From Octopus bimaculoides (Eukaryota), in assembly GCF_001194135.2 (NCBI RefSeq), contig NC_068988.1:48956369-48990069 (forward strand): a DNA stretch of 33,701 nucleotides. Reading direction: 5' to 3'. Numbering within the stretch: the first letter of the stretch is position 1; each line of letters begins with the position of its first letter. A program made the position numbers and the translations under genes. Of the stretch, positions 13,481-24,224 are shown in pieces. The notes beneath the pieces are model-generated. The model had not been told where the DNA came from. It searched no databases and was given only the letters and a program-made list of their open reading frames with translations.

Positions 13481-14550
13481 TATTTTAATATTGGATATAG
13501 ATTATTTTCCATTGTTACTATTAATTAAAATTGGAATATATTTCTTTTTAAAACTTTGAAGAGAATCTCACATTTTTCAGATTACTGAGACACTATTGAT
13601 ACTATTCTAAGACTACTGTCTTCTATTTTACGTTTTTAGTTTTTAGCCAGTTTAAGATGCATGAAGTTTATATATAAGTTTTCGTTTTATTTATTTATTT
13701 AGCTATGACGTAAAATTCAATTATATATCTCAAAAGTTTTGATTTCAAATTCATTTATCATTTAATTTTCAATTTTCATCCCTTCTCGTTGGATTTTTTT
13801 ATCACGGTTGTCGTCGTCGTCACTGTCGTCGTCAATTTTCTTCTGCATCGTAATCCTCTTCCTTGTTGTTTTTGACCTTCCAACGCAGGCCAACCTAGAT
13901 GAAATAGTCCGAGACTTCTAACATCCTTTCATTGAGAATTGTGTTTACTTGTTATCACGCAATATGTATAAAGCTTCATTTTAGTTAAAATGTTGTGTCA
14001 TTTCTACAACAACAATGTATTACTACTAGTTCTAGAAACTGAGGTTACTATCTACAAAATTCACTGTGGTAGATAAATGTTTTACACTGTATTGAGCTTA
14101 GCGGACAAGATTTCCATAAAATTATAAATCTGAATTATTTCGCTTATCTCATTTTCATAAACCATAAGTGTACTTTATGCGTTTCTGTTAGTATTTATTT
14201 AATTTTCTCTCCTGGAGATAATGCAGGATAATTACTGTGCTGAGAGTGACTATAGAGGTAGAAACATGTGCTCACAGCTGTCTTCAAACAATATGGGTGT
14301 CTTTTTGTTAATAACATGTCAATTTTGAAAAATTTATTGATTCTTGAGAATATCTCTCTCATTCATTTATGCCGGTTAAAACCCAGAACTTATGATCTGC
14401 CTCTCTGGAATACGTGGTATTATTAGTGAACTAAGAATTTATCCTTTATATCATTTAGAAAACCCTCATTTGTTTTTGCTGATCATATTCACTGAGTTAT
14501 TTCTTTTGATTTTCGCTTCAAACATATAATATACATATACATACACACAC

Positions 14551-14712
14551 ACGGCGAGATTCTTTCAGACACCGTCTCCCGAATTCCCTTACAGGGATTG
14601 GGTCAAACCGAGTCTATTGTAGAAAACACCTGCCCAGGATGCCAAGCAGTTGGGCTTAACCTGGTAGCATGTAGTTGGGAAAGATACTTCTTACCATACA
14701 TCCACACCAGCT
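14551..14712 (-). mobile_element. Old, diverged CORE-type SINE 5' half (OR2-like)
   Basis: GAGTCTATTGTAGAAAACACCTGCCCAGGATGCCAAGCAG aligns with GAGGCTATAGTAGAAGACACTTGCCCAAGGTGCCACGTAG at 18986-19025 and continues into a decayed tRNA-like head. Confidence 0.7.
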
Positions 14713-15110
14713 ACACGCACACACACATATATTTATATGCATACGTTCATATTATNNNNNNNNNNTATATATACAAGAGTAATGTCCAGCGATTCAACTA
14801 CAAGAAGTTTGTAAACTTCAAGCAGTTTGTAACATGTATAGGGAATCAGGTACAATAATTTCTTGGCCTACAAGGATACACACACTTTTCCATATCGAAG
14901 TTACGAATAAGTCGAATAAGCTGAAAGTTCCCGTATAGCTCACGGTCAGCAACTAGCACAAGAAGGGCAAGGTAACTTGGAAATTCCAAAGGGAATTGTA
15001 TCTTGTATTCATTTCATTATGGAAACCTCGGCTTAATAATTAGCTAAGTTGAGTATCCTTCGTTGAGTCTGTTAAATCAGACGATCAGCTAGCTAAGGAA
15101 CACATGACGC

Positions 15111-15137
15111 GTTTAGTAACAGACCGTCGTAAGCGCC
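15111..15137 (+). repeat. 27-bp motif copy 1 GTTTAGTAACAGACCGTCGTAAGCGCC
   Basis: 25/27 identical to the reverse complement of 15757-15783. Confidence 0.9.
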
Positions 15138-15576
15138 CCAATTAAAAACCGAGAAAAATGCAGTCAAAGTTTCGCGACTTTCAGAATGCGACATTAGGAA
15201 GCTGGTTTTGGTCTTTAAATGACTGTGATGTCCTCTTTCAAACATTTCACCTATGTAAATTATTTGTTCATGCATGCATTTGAACGATGAAACAATCACT
15301 GAGACATTCTCATTTTGTAGAATATACCGGTACTACGAAACGGTGTATCGCATTGCATATTTTAACCATAATACCTAGAAAAACATACAGATACCCGTCC
15401 CGCCACAAAGATATTGATTGTGTTTTAATATACCAAGGTATTTTTGAGACGTAAGTAAGACAAGATAGCAAGATAATAGCCCATTATCGCTACGAGGGTA
15501 ACGAGGAATATTAGAAAATGAGACTTAACACCTCGGAAAACGATAAAGACCACACCAGTGTTATAGATTAAGCATG

Positions 15577-15603
15577 TGTGCTTATAATGGTGGGTTACTA
15601 AAC
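15577..15603 (-). repeat. 27-bp motif copy 3 (decayed) GTTTAGTAACCCACCATTATAAGCACA
   Basis: 20/27 to copy 1 without gaps; 4 of the 7 differences fall in CpG dinucleotides. Confidence 0.7.
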
Positions 15604-15756
15604 TCCTTTGTCCAAGTTTGGGTGAGCGAGCGTACAATTTTTTCAGCTGGATTTTCGATCCTATTGCAAGCCTCACAGGTTCTTCCGCCTAGCTTTTTCG
15701 GATTCTAGACATCGAGACAAAGAACATGATATACTAACCTCGAAAATGGCCGGGGT

Positions 15757-15783
15757 GGCGCTTACGACATTCTGTTACTAAAC
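15757..15783 (-). repeat. 27-bp motif copy 2 GTTTAGTAACAGAATGTCGTAAGCGCC
   Basis: Inverted relative to copy 1, 25/27 identity. Confidence 0.9.
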
Positions 15784-15872
15784 ACCTCGTATGTAGCCTG
15801 CATTTTATTTGTACTACTACCTCGAATTATATATATATATACAGACATACATACATACATACATACATATAT

Positions 15873-15904
<32 letters not shown>

Positions 15905-16465
15905 NNNNNNNNNNNNNNNNNNNNNNNNNNNNNNNNNNNNNNNNNNNNNNNNNNNNNNNNNNNNNNNNNNNNNNNNNNNNNNNNNNNNNNNNNNNNNNNN
16001 NNNNNNNNNNNNNNNNNNNNNNNNNNNNNNNNNNNNNNNNNNNNNNNNNNNNNNNNNNNNNNNNNNNNNNNNNNNNNNNNNNNNNNNNNNNNNNNNNNNN
16101 TGTGTGTGTGTGTACCCTACCACATTTTAGCGACGGAAACTGCATACCAGTCTGGTTTCGGACTGTTTCTGCCTTTCTTCGGTATTGGAAACCTCATCTG
16201 CTAGAAATGGCAGTAGCTCGCCTCCGCTCGGAATATATATATAAATTCGAACGACACACAGTCGCTAGAAGGTGGTAAGGGTTCGTTCGCCTGCTCACAT
16301 TATTTCGGGATTAAAAATATCGCAGTAAAGTCCGTTCGAACGGAACAACCATGCTGAAGTGGCTACGAATATTACTTGCTAGAACAACTACTGCGATGAT
16401 CTCTTAGAGAGATTTTAGAACTTGCTTTTTAGCTTATACATATATGCAAATACATTTACATAGGA

Positions 16466-16516
<51 letters not shown>

Positions 16517-16534
16517 TAGACAGACAGACAGACA
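16466..16534. repeat. (ATAG)n(ACAG)n microsatellite
   Basis: Read directly. Confidence 0.95.
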
Positions 16535-17199
16535 ATCACCAATGCCAGTACATATCCTCGCTTCATGCTCGTGTTTAAGCAAGACCATAATCCAGTGGCT
16601 TGATCAAATGAAAAGAGAAAAACGACAAAACTAAATATTTAGGAATATGGGGAAAAAATTTAGATGGGCGCCACGAGAAAAAGAGAGCGAGGCAGATCAG
16701 TCTATTTATTTTTCTATCTGTCTACCGTCGCTACAGGTGAATGGATTACACACTTCTATATAATTAGAAGTCGCAAACTCGTGCTAAAAGAAAGCTATTT
16801 CAATAGTTTAAAATGATATTTCTTTCTAGGAAAAGAAACAAAACTCAAAAACAATTTATTTCATCTGCAGGGATTCCTTGTTTCGTATAGATATCATATT
16901 TATTGCATCCGTCCAGCTGTATGACAGAATTATTTCACCGTATTATATACAATTCCACTCAATTTTATGTTACACTCTACTTCATATGCCGTCTTTATAG
17001 AAAGGCCTTTTAGCAAACAACATATGAGAAAGGTATCACACTGTGTTTTGTATATATATCTTTATACATTTTCAGAAACGTAAAATTAAGTTCTCTTTTC
17101 AAAGCCTGCTGGATGAAGCTATTTATGTTATATATTCTTGTTTTTCTTTTTATGATTCTTAAACATATGTTTGCATGTTTTCATATACATCGGAGTGAA

Positions 17200-17410
17200 G
17201 GCGGCGATCTGGCAGAATAGTTAGCACATCGGGCAAACTACTTAGCGGCCTTTTGTCCGTCTTTACGTTCTGAGTTCAGAATTCTGCTGAGGTTGACTTT
17301 GCATTTCGTCCTCTCGATGTCGTTGAAATAAGTACCGGTTGAATACTGGAGTAGATATAATCGACTACTGCCATCCTCCGAACTTGCAAGTACTGTGCCA
17401 AAATAAAAAA
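17200..17410 (+). mobile_element. tRNA-derived SINE, tail type B, diverged
   Basis: GGCGGCGATCTGGCAGAATAGTTAGCAC head, CTGAGTTCAGAATTC B-box, tail CCGAACTTGCAAGTACTGTGCCAAAAT. Confidence 0.85.
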
Positions 17411-17620
17411 GCCGGCGTGCTGGCAGAGCCGTTAGCACACCGAGGAAAATACCTATAAGCATTTCGTCAATCATTACGTCCCGAGATCAAATTTCTCCGA
17501 GATCAACTTTGACTTTCTTTCTTTCGGGGTCGATAAAATAAGTACTAGTTAAGATCACGGGCCGATTTAATCGACTTACCACTCCGAAATTGCTGGCCTT
17601 GTGCTGAAGTTTAAAACCAT
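17411..17620 (+). mobile_element. tRNA-derived SINE, tail type B, diverged, head-to-tail with the previous copy
   Basis: GGCGTGCTGGCAGAGCCGTTAGCAC head, TCGGGGTCGATAAAATAAGTAC body, CCGAAATTGCTGGCCTTGTG tail. Confidence 0.85.
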
Positions 17621-18650
17621 TATCTATACGAATATGTGTGCGTGTATCCGCATAGCTTCTTGAATTACCCCCAACAAATGCTACATATTTGTAATCAGAG
17701 TAATCCAGGGAGTGCCTATATGCTACTTCTGTCAATAGGTGTGTGGTGAACATTCGAGCCCCTATGGCACATTTACTTTTTACGACCAATGAAATGCGAA
17801 CGAGGAACCATAACAATGGAAGCAGAATTATAGTTGGATATTGCATGAAAAATTTAATTTAACTTCTTTAGAAAGTTGATAGCGAGCAGTGAGTATTATT
17901 AAGATATTTGGATCTGCTCTAACTTTCACATATCTGTCAGCATTAAAGCACTCCTTGTGTTAGTTTGAGTTAAGACGCACCTGAGAAGCAATGCTGTTAT
18001 TGATCAAATGCTTTCCTTCAAATCAAAATCCCTGGAACACGTAGTGATAGTCAATTTCCTCATATTGAGTTCATTTTCCACGAAAAATTGTTCTTCTTTT
18101 ATATCGTGAGCCAAATTCATTTTTTTAAGCACTTTTTAAAAGTCAATTTTTTATTTTCTTTATTTTCATTGAAAAGATGTTATAAAACTTGCATATGTCG
18201 ATATTAAGAGAGAAAGCAGGCAGAACAAAATAGAAATAGAGGAGAAACGATATACTGAAAAAAAAAATCAAAAGCCAGAATTGCGAAAATCTGAAGATTC
18301 CATCAAAAAGAAAGCAAAATCCCGTCATATCTTCACTCAGCATAACAAAATGCAGATTTAGACTGGAAAGATCTTCGGTTCTAGCCTCCAGATGTTCGGG
18401 TGAAGTTTTCACACGACAATTTTTCAGGTAATGTGTTTNNNNNNNNNNNNNNNNNNNNNNNNNNNNNNNNNNNNNNNNNNNNNNNNNNNNNNNNNNNNNN
18501 NNNNNNNNNNNNNNNNNNNNNNNNNNNNNNNNNNNNNNNNNNNNNNNNNNNNNNNNNNNNNNNNNNNNNNNNNNNNNNNNNNNNNNNNNNNNNNNNNNNN
18601 NNNNNNNNNNNNNNNNNNNNNNNNNNNNNNNACACACACACACACACACT

Positions 18651-18716
<66 letters not shown>

Positions 18717-18720
18717 TACT

Positions 18721-19025
18721 CTCTTTACTCTTTTACTTGTTTCAGTCATTTGACTACGGCCATGCTGGAGCACCGCCTTTCGTCGAGCAAATCGACTAGT
18801 ACTTATTCTATCGGTCTCTTTTGCCGAACCACTAAGTTACGGGGACGTAAACACACACGCATCGGTTGACAAGCGATGTTGGGGGTACAAACACACACCC
18901 ATACATACATATATATATACATATATACGACAGACTTCTTTCAATTTCCGTCTACCAAATCCACTCACAAGGCTTTGATCGGCCCGAGGCTATAGTAGAA
19001 GACACTTGCCCAAGGTGCCACGTAG
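18721..19025 (-). mobile_element. CORE-type SINE (OR2-like) lacking the tRNA head
   Basis: Reverse complement contains the CORE-like GGCACCTTGGGCAAGTGTCTTC, an internal TA/CA microsatellite, and the tail GGCGGTGCTCCAGCATGGCCGTAGTCAAATGACTGAAACAAGTAAAAGAG. Family name is from memory. Confidence 0.85.
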
Positions 19026-19379
19026 ATACATTATTTCATTATATTGGCTATGAAAGCCGTACACTGATGGAGTAGCTGCGGACTGGACAAAGACATTAAT
19101 GTGATGAGATAAATGATGAACAGAATGATATTAATGAGAGAAGGCAGAAGACGACCGCCGATCTCTGCTTCTCTAAAACATTGTTCTTTGTGAACTTACA
19201 ACTAAGGCAGTAAACCTCTTACCAATATTTCTTTGGACTCAAGATCCTTACAGCGAGGCCCTAGGCCTCTTACTACAAATATATGAGGCAACAAACCTCT
19301 TACAACTGTTCATTGATACAAAAAGGAAGCATTACGCCTCTTACTTTGTTTAAACAGTATAAGGTTTCAAACCCCTCGT

Positions 19380-19930
19380 CAGTTCATAACACTAAAGCTT
19401 TTCAACCTCTTATCCACATTCCTCCCCAGCATCGCTTGTGACCACATCTTCCGCCATCACCACACCTCATTTAAGCACAAAGCCGGTGACGTGTCGGCGT
19501 CGCCCGGCCACAAGCAATATTCTTCATTTAGCCCCTCCAGCCTACGCAACACGAGCAACGTCATAACCTCCACAGCTATCTGCAGATGCCATTCGGGATC
19601 CCTTGTGCAGGTCAAAGTTGCACTCTTATGGTACTTTTCCAGCACCTTCTCTACCTCTCCGCCTTTGTAGAAGAAGACCAATAATTCTTCTTCCTCCGGG
19701 GACGAGGTAGTCACTTCCACCATCGGCGGCACAATTCCCACCGACGGTGGCTCTTCCCCCGCCGGTGGCATAACCCCCTCCGATGAGGTTCCGGGACATC
19801 CGGTACTATGTCACCGACTGCTGGCAATGTCCCGTTTCTCTTCCTCTTCCACTTTTTTTTCTTCTCATCTGAGGGAGGGTGCATCTCCTCCGTGACCGAG
19901 AGGTTCACCTCCCCTCCCTCATCCCTAGGA
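19380..19930 (-). pseudogene. GC-rich frameshifted coding relic, probably transposon-derived, family unknown
   Basis: Frame A (YPRDEGGEVNLSV...DVPEP) joins frame B (SSEGVMPPAGEEPP...LCLNEVW) by a 1-nt shift near 19787; after one TGA at 19457 frame B continues WRKMWSQAMLGRNVDKRLKSFSVMN. Sharp GC step relative to the flanks. Confidence 0.55.
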
Positions 19931-20552
19931 TATTTATATACATACATAAAAAACAATACACGCACGTACACATATACTGTAATTATATATACTGTGAATA
20001 TATACATATATCGGCAGACAGAGAGACAGACAGATAGATAGACAGATATTGTATGNNNNNNNNNNNNNNNNNNNNNNNNNNNNNNNNNNNNNNNNNNNNN
20101 NNNNNNNNNNNNNNNNNNNNNNNNNNNNNNNNNNNNNNNNNNNNNNNNNNNNNNNNNNNNNNNNNNNNNNNNNNNNNNNNNNNNNNATATATATTATATA
20201 CACGCATATATTGCATATATGTGCGTGTACCTATGTATGAAAAGACGACTTGACGACTGGGAATGAACTCTTTCAAACAAATAATTTCGAAAACACTGTC
20301 TTATTTTACCAATATTTGTTTATTTTCCTGACGTCGTTTCAATTCTTTCTCTACAATTGAAATTCTGAAATCCATCATCGATGTACCTAGTACTTCATGA
20401 GGTGAATAGTGTTGTGCTACTGTCTCTTTTTAAGAAACAGCATCGGTTATGAGTTTTGTACACGTTTCTGCTCGAAATGTTTTGACCGTTACCATTTAAG
20501 TATTAAGTATGTATTTATTTATATTTCTTCTTGTTTTATTACTAATATTTAC

Positions 20553-20602
20553 ATCAGTCACAAACTGCTGGACAGAACGATTCCAATAATCTTGTGAGCC
20601 AC
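20553..20602 (-). CDS. Candidate 50-nt coding exon (GSQDYWNRSVQQFVTD)
   Basis: Acceptor TTTAATATCTCAG; donor GAT/GTAAAT; only one frame open (phase 1 to 0). Confidence 0.35.
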
Positions 20603-21629
20603 CTGAGATATTAAATTATGTTTACATTTCTTTGAAGTTTACCTTAGAATTATAAAAAGGTAGGTGTATCTACATTAAAAATATCCTATATAAAATACGC
20701 AGCTTTCACCGAAAATGATAAATTAAGTATATTGTAAACAAAAGCTTGTGTATGGAAATTATGCTGAATTTTTTAGCTGACCTTAGTTTGTATTTGGCAT
20801 TATATACATTATATGTTATTAATTTATTCATGAAAATGAATTAATTTATTCATGGAAATAAACTGAATGTTCCTATTCTCTGGTGAAACTCTGAATATTA
20901 ATAAAACTTGCTAGAACATATTATTTTTCTGCCCACGGTGAGATAAAAAATTATATACATTTATTTCCCGTCCACGTCGAAATTATAATTAAATAGGTAA
21001 TAGGCATAGATTAAGTTTAAAGCATTCAAGCTGTCAAGTAAATCAGCTCATCATAGAATGCCTCAATAAACAGAGGATAAATTGCACAAGACCAAACTAA
21101 AATTATCGCAGATAACAGACTAGAAAGTAACTAAAGTTGAAAGCATAAATATGCATGTGTCGCGAACAGGCCACAATCAACAATAAACGCGTAAGTTGTA
21201 GCCTGTAGAATTCTAACTGTTCAAACCATAACACACTTCCATAATTTTACTATGCAGTTACAAAGAGCAATTTCAAAGACCTAAATTGCACAGCATAATG
21301 AAATAAGATGGGAAACCATTAGTAGATGGCAAGTATTATACTCTATAGATATTTCTACAAAAGTCGACAGATAGTCATGGCGGCAATACTCATGTCGCAA
21401 GTATTATCATGTTGCAGTATTAAAAAAGAAGAGATACATTAGTCACAAAGCAAAATAAACACCTGGTTGAATTCAATGGTCAAAAGGTCATTTAGCAATG
21501 CAGACCCCATTTATATTGGACACCGGCAACACCCACCAACTTCAGTTTACCGGAAGTCATAGAATGTTGATTAAATATGGAGAAGACGGCATACGCATAC
21601 ACATACACACACACACTCTTCTACTTATG

Positions 21630-22200
21630 CAAGATGTTCCATAAAGGGCACCGAATTTTAAAAGGTGAATAATTAAAACGAATTCTTATAAACATGCTTA
21701 TATTCTGCGTATTTCTAATGAGGTATGTCTCCCGTTTAGGTATGGAACACAATGTCGGCCATATATCCACCTGCACTGAGTTTGCATACATTTATGCGTT
21801 CCTCGAAATTTTCGATAACTCTCTCACAGATGTGTGTCCCGATGCCGCCAGTCACACGCCTGATTTAGCCTTGAGTTCAGGAGTTGTACGTGGTTCCTTG
21901 ACGTATACCTGTGATTTCACATACCCCTATAAGAAGAAATCACAAGGGGTAAGATCACAGGACATTGGTGGCCATTGCTGGCCACCATGCAAGGATATCA
22001 CTCATTGCGGAAATTTTTTGTGGAGTGATGCAAGCGTTTGGTGCGAAGTATGGCAGGTCGCTCCATCGTGCTGAAACCGGAGATTCGGTCAATCTACGTA
22101 TCCTCCAAGTTCGGTCATAACTGAATTGATATCATGTCTCAATAACGTTCTCCATGATTGGTAATTGCATTCCCCTCATCATTTTAAAACAAATTTCTAC
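21630..22200 (-). mobile_element. Decayed Tc1/mariner DNA transposon, 3' part of transposase plus probable 3' TIR
   Basis: Minus strand reads NDEGNAITNHGERY*DMI, then a frameshift, then FQHDGATCHTSHQTLASLHKKFPQ*VISLHGGQQWPPMSCDLTPCDFFL*GYVKSQVY, matching the FQQDGA and WPPRSPDLTPCDFFLWGY motifs. CAAGATGTTCC at 21630 resembles a CAGGGTG-type TIR start. Confidence 0.9.
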
Positions 22201-24152
22201 CTAGAGCTTTACTCCTTTGCCTTGGCTTTTAATCTTAAGTTTTAAAATGGCATTGTTGGTCATGGTAGTGGTGAAACATCAAGAAAGTCAATGCTGCTGT
22301 CAACTCTACCATGACTCACGCAGTATTACTTCGCTTAGTGTCCATTAAAATACACACATATTGCTCTCAAAATGTACGGCGGTCGCTTTTGTTGTTCCCC
22401 GACCAGAATCTCAGTAAAATGTCACGCTTTCTATAGATATATATGTAGATTGGAGAGTGTCCCCTTCTGAAGTCAAATCCTTGAAGTTAACCCCGTGAAT
22501 TGAACCCTTACATTCAACACCCTAATGAAAACACATTAAACTCAGCTTCCTCAAGACGACGCTCTTAAATCATTTCAGTTACGGCGTACTTATTCCTACT
22601 AGGTTTTGATATGCAGATATAATGTATGTTAATACCATTTAGCCTATTTGTACCAAATAGGACTGAATGAATGATTGATTGATTGATTAAAATAACTGAA
22701 TGACTGATTAAGCAATTGATAAATTGATTTATGCGTTAGCTAATCAATTAGTAAGTATTTCACGTTGATGCCAGCTTCAGCAGAATCTCCTTCAGTTAAC
22801 AATCCAAGAAGACGTTTTGTGCTTTTTAATCTAATTCATTACAAATAACCACAAGCTATAATTCCTGCTACACTGATCTAAAAAAGTGAACGGAAGAATT
22901 AACAAGGAAATCTAAACGCGTTTGTTTGGCCTACTAGGAAGTGCGACTGGATCTTCTGCGAATCCTATTCTATCCCATTAAGTAAAAAAGGACGTTTCGA
23001 TAACGTCATACATGAAAATTACTCCACATGGTCATGATTCCTCCCATTGAGGGCCTTCTTGGGTCTAAATAATAACAACACTTACGTAAATATGTTTTCA
23101 TTCACAACCGAGATAAAAAGAAGAGGTGAAATTGTTTCTTTTAACAAGTCAGCCCTGATTTAGGATAATTAAAATCAAAAACATTCCAGCCATGTACATC
23201 TTCTTTTATTCTTATACAGTTTAGCTAAGTCTACGTTATGTAATGCGTCCTTCATTAAACCCTAGCCCAAGCAATATTCACATATGAAAAGTATTCTTTT
23301 GAAGATAGAGTGTGTGATTTGAAGAGCACTGTTTCAACGTTTTGGGCATAGCAGAGACTCCAGTAAATAAGATCTGAAGAAGGAATTCTAATTCCGAAAT
23401 ATCATCGGACTATAGATAACCAAGTTACAACAGGTATATAGTGCATTTTTTTTTCTATAGTGCATTGTTATACCTTTCTAAACTTTTTATTCTTTACAAA
23501 CAATACACAATGCTTCAAGCGAACTACAATACTCTCTTTAAAAAATGAATGTTTAAATCACCGTTAATCACAGCTAAATGAGACATATATCTAATTCACA
23601 CACTACAACATTGGTTCCCAACCTGCGGACCGAAAAGTTAGCGCTGGGGGGGGGGAATATGTGAACTAAATTCAAAATATATATATATGGACAAAGCTTG
23701 NNNNNNNNNNNNNNNNNNNNNNNNNNNNNNNNNNNNNNNNNNNNNNNNNNNNNNNNNNNNNNNNNNNNNNNNNNNNNNNNNNNNNNNNNNNNNNNNNNNN
23801 NNNNNNNNNNNNNNNNNNNNNNNNNNNNNNNNNNNNNNNNNNNNNNNNNNNNNNNNNNNNNNNNNNNNNNNNNNNNNNNNNNNNNNNNNNNNNNNNNNNN
23901 NNNNNNNNNNNNNNNNNNNNNNNNNNNNNNNNNNNNNNNNNNNNNNNNNNNNNNNNNNNNNNNNNNNNNNNNNNNNNNNNNNNNNNNNNNNNNNNNNNNN
24001 NNNNNNNNNNNNNNNNNNNNNNNNNNNNNNNNNNNNNNNNNNNNNNNNNNNNNNNNNNNNNNNNNNNNNNNNNNNNNNNNNNNNNNNNNNNNNNNNNNNN
24101 NNNNNNNNNNNNNNNNNNNNNNNNNNNNNNNNNNNNNNNNNNNNNNNNNTGT

Positions 24153-24224
<72 letters not shown>

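Larger units (their letters stand above)
15061..15800. promoter_or_regulatory. CpG-rich putative promoter/regulatory region
   Basis: 11 CpG in 15061-15200 in an AT-rich background; YY1-like AAAATGGCCG at 15743-15752; minus-strand donor GAG/GTTAGT at 15738; plus-strand donor GTAAGT at 15451; three copies of a 27-bp motif. Confidence 0.45.
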
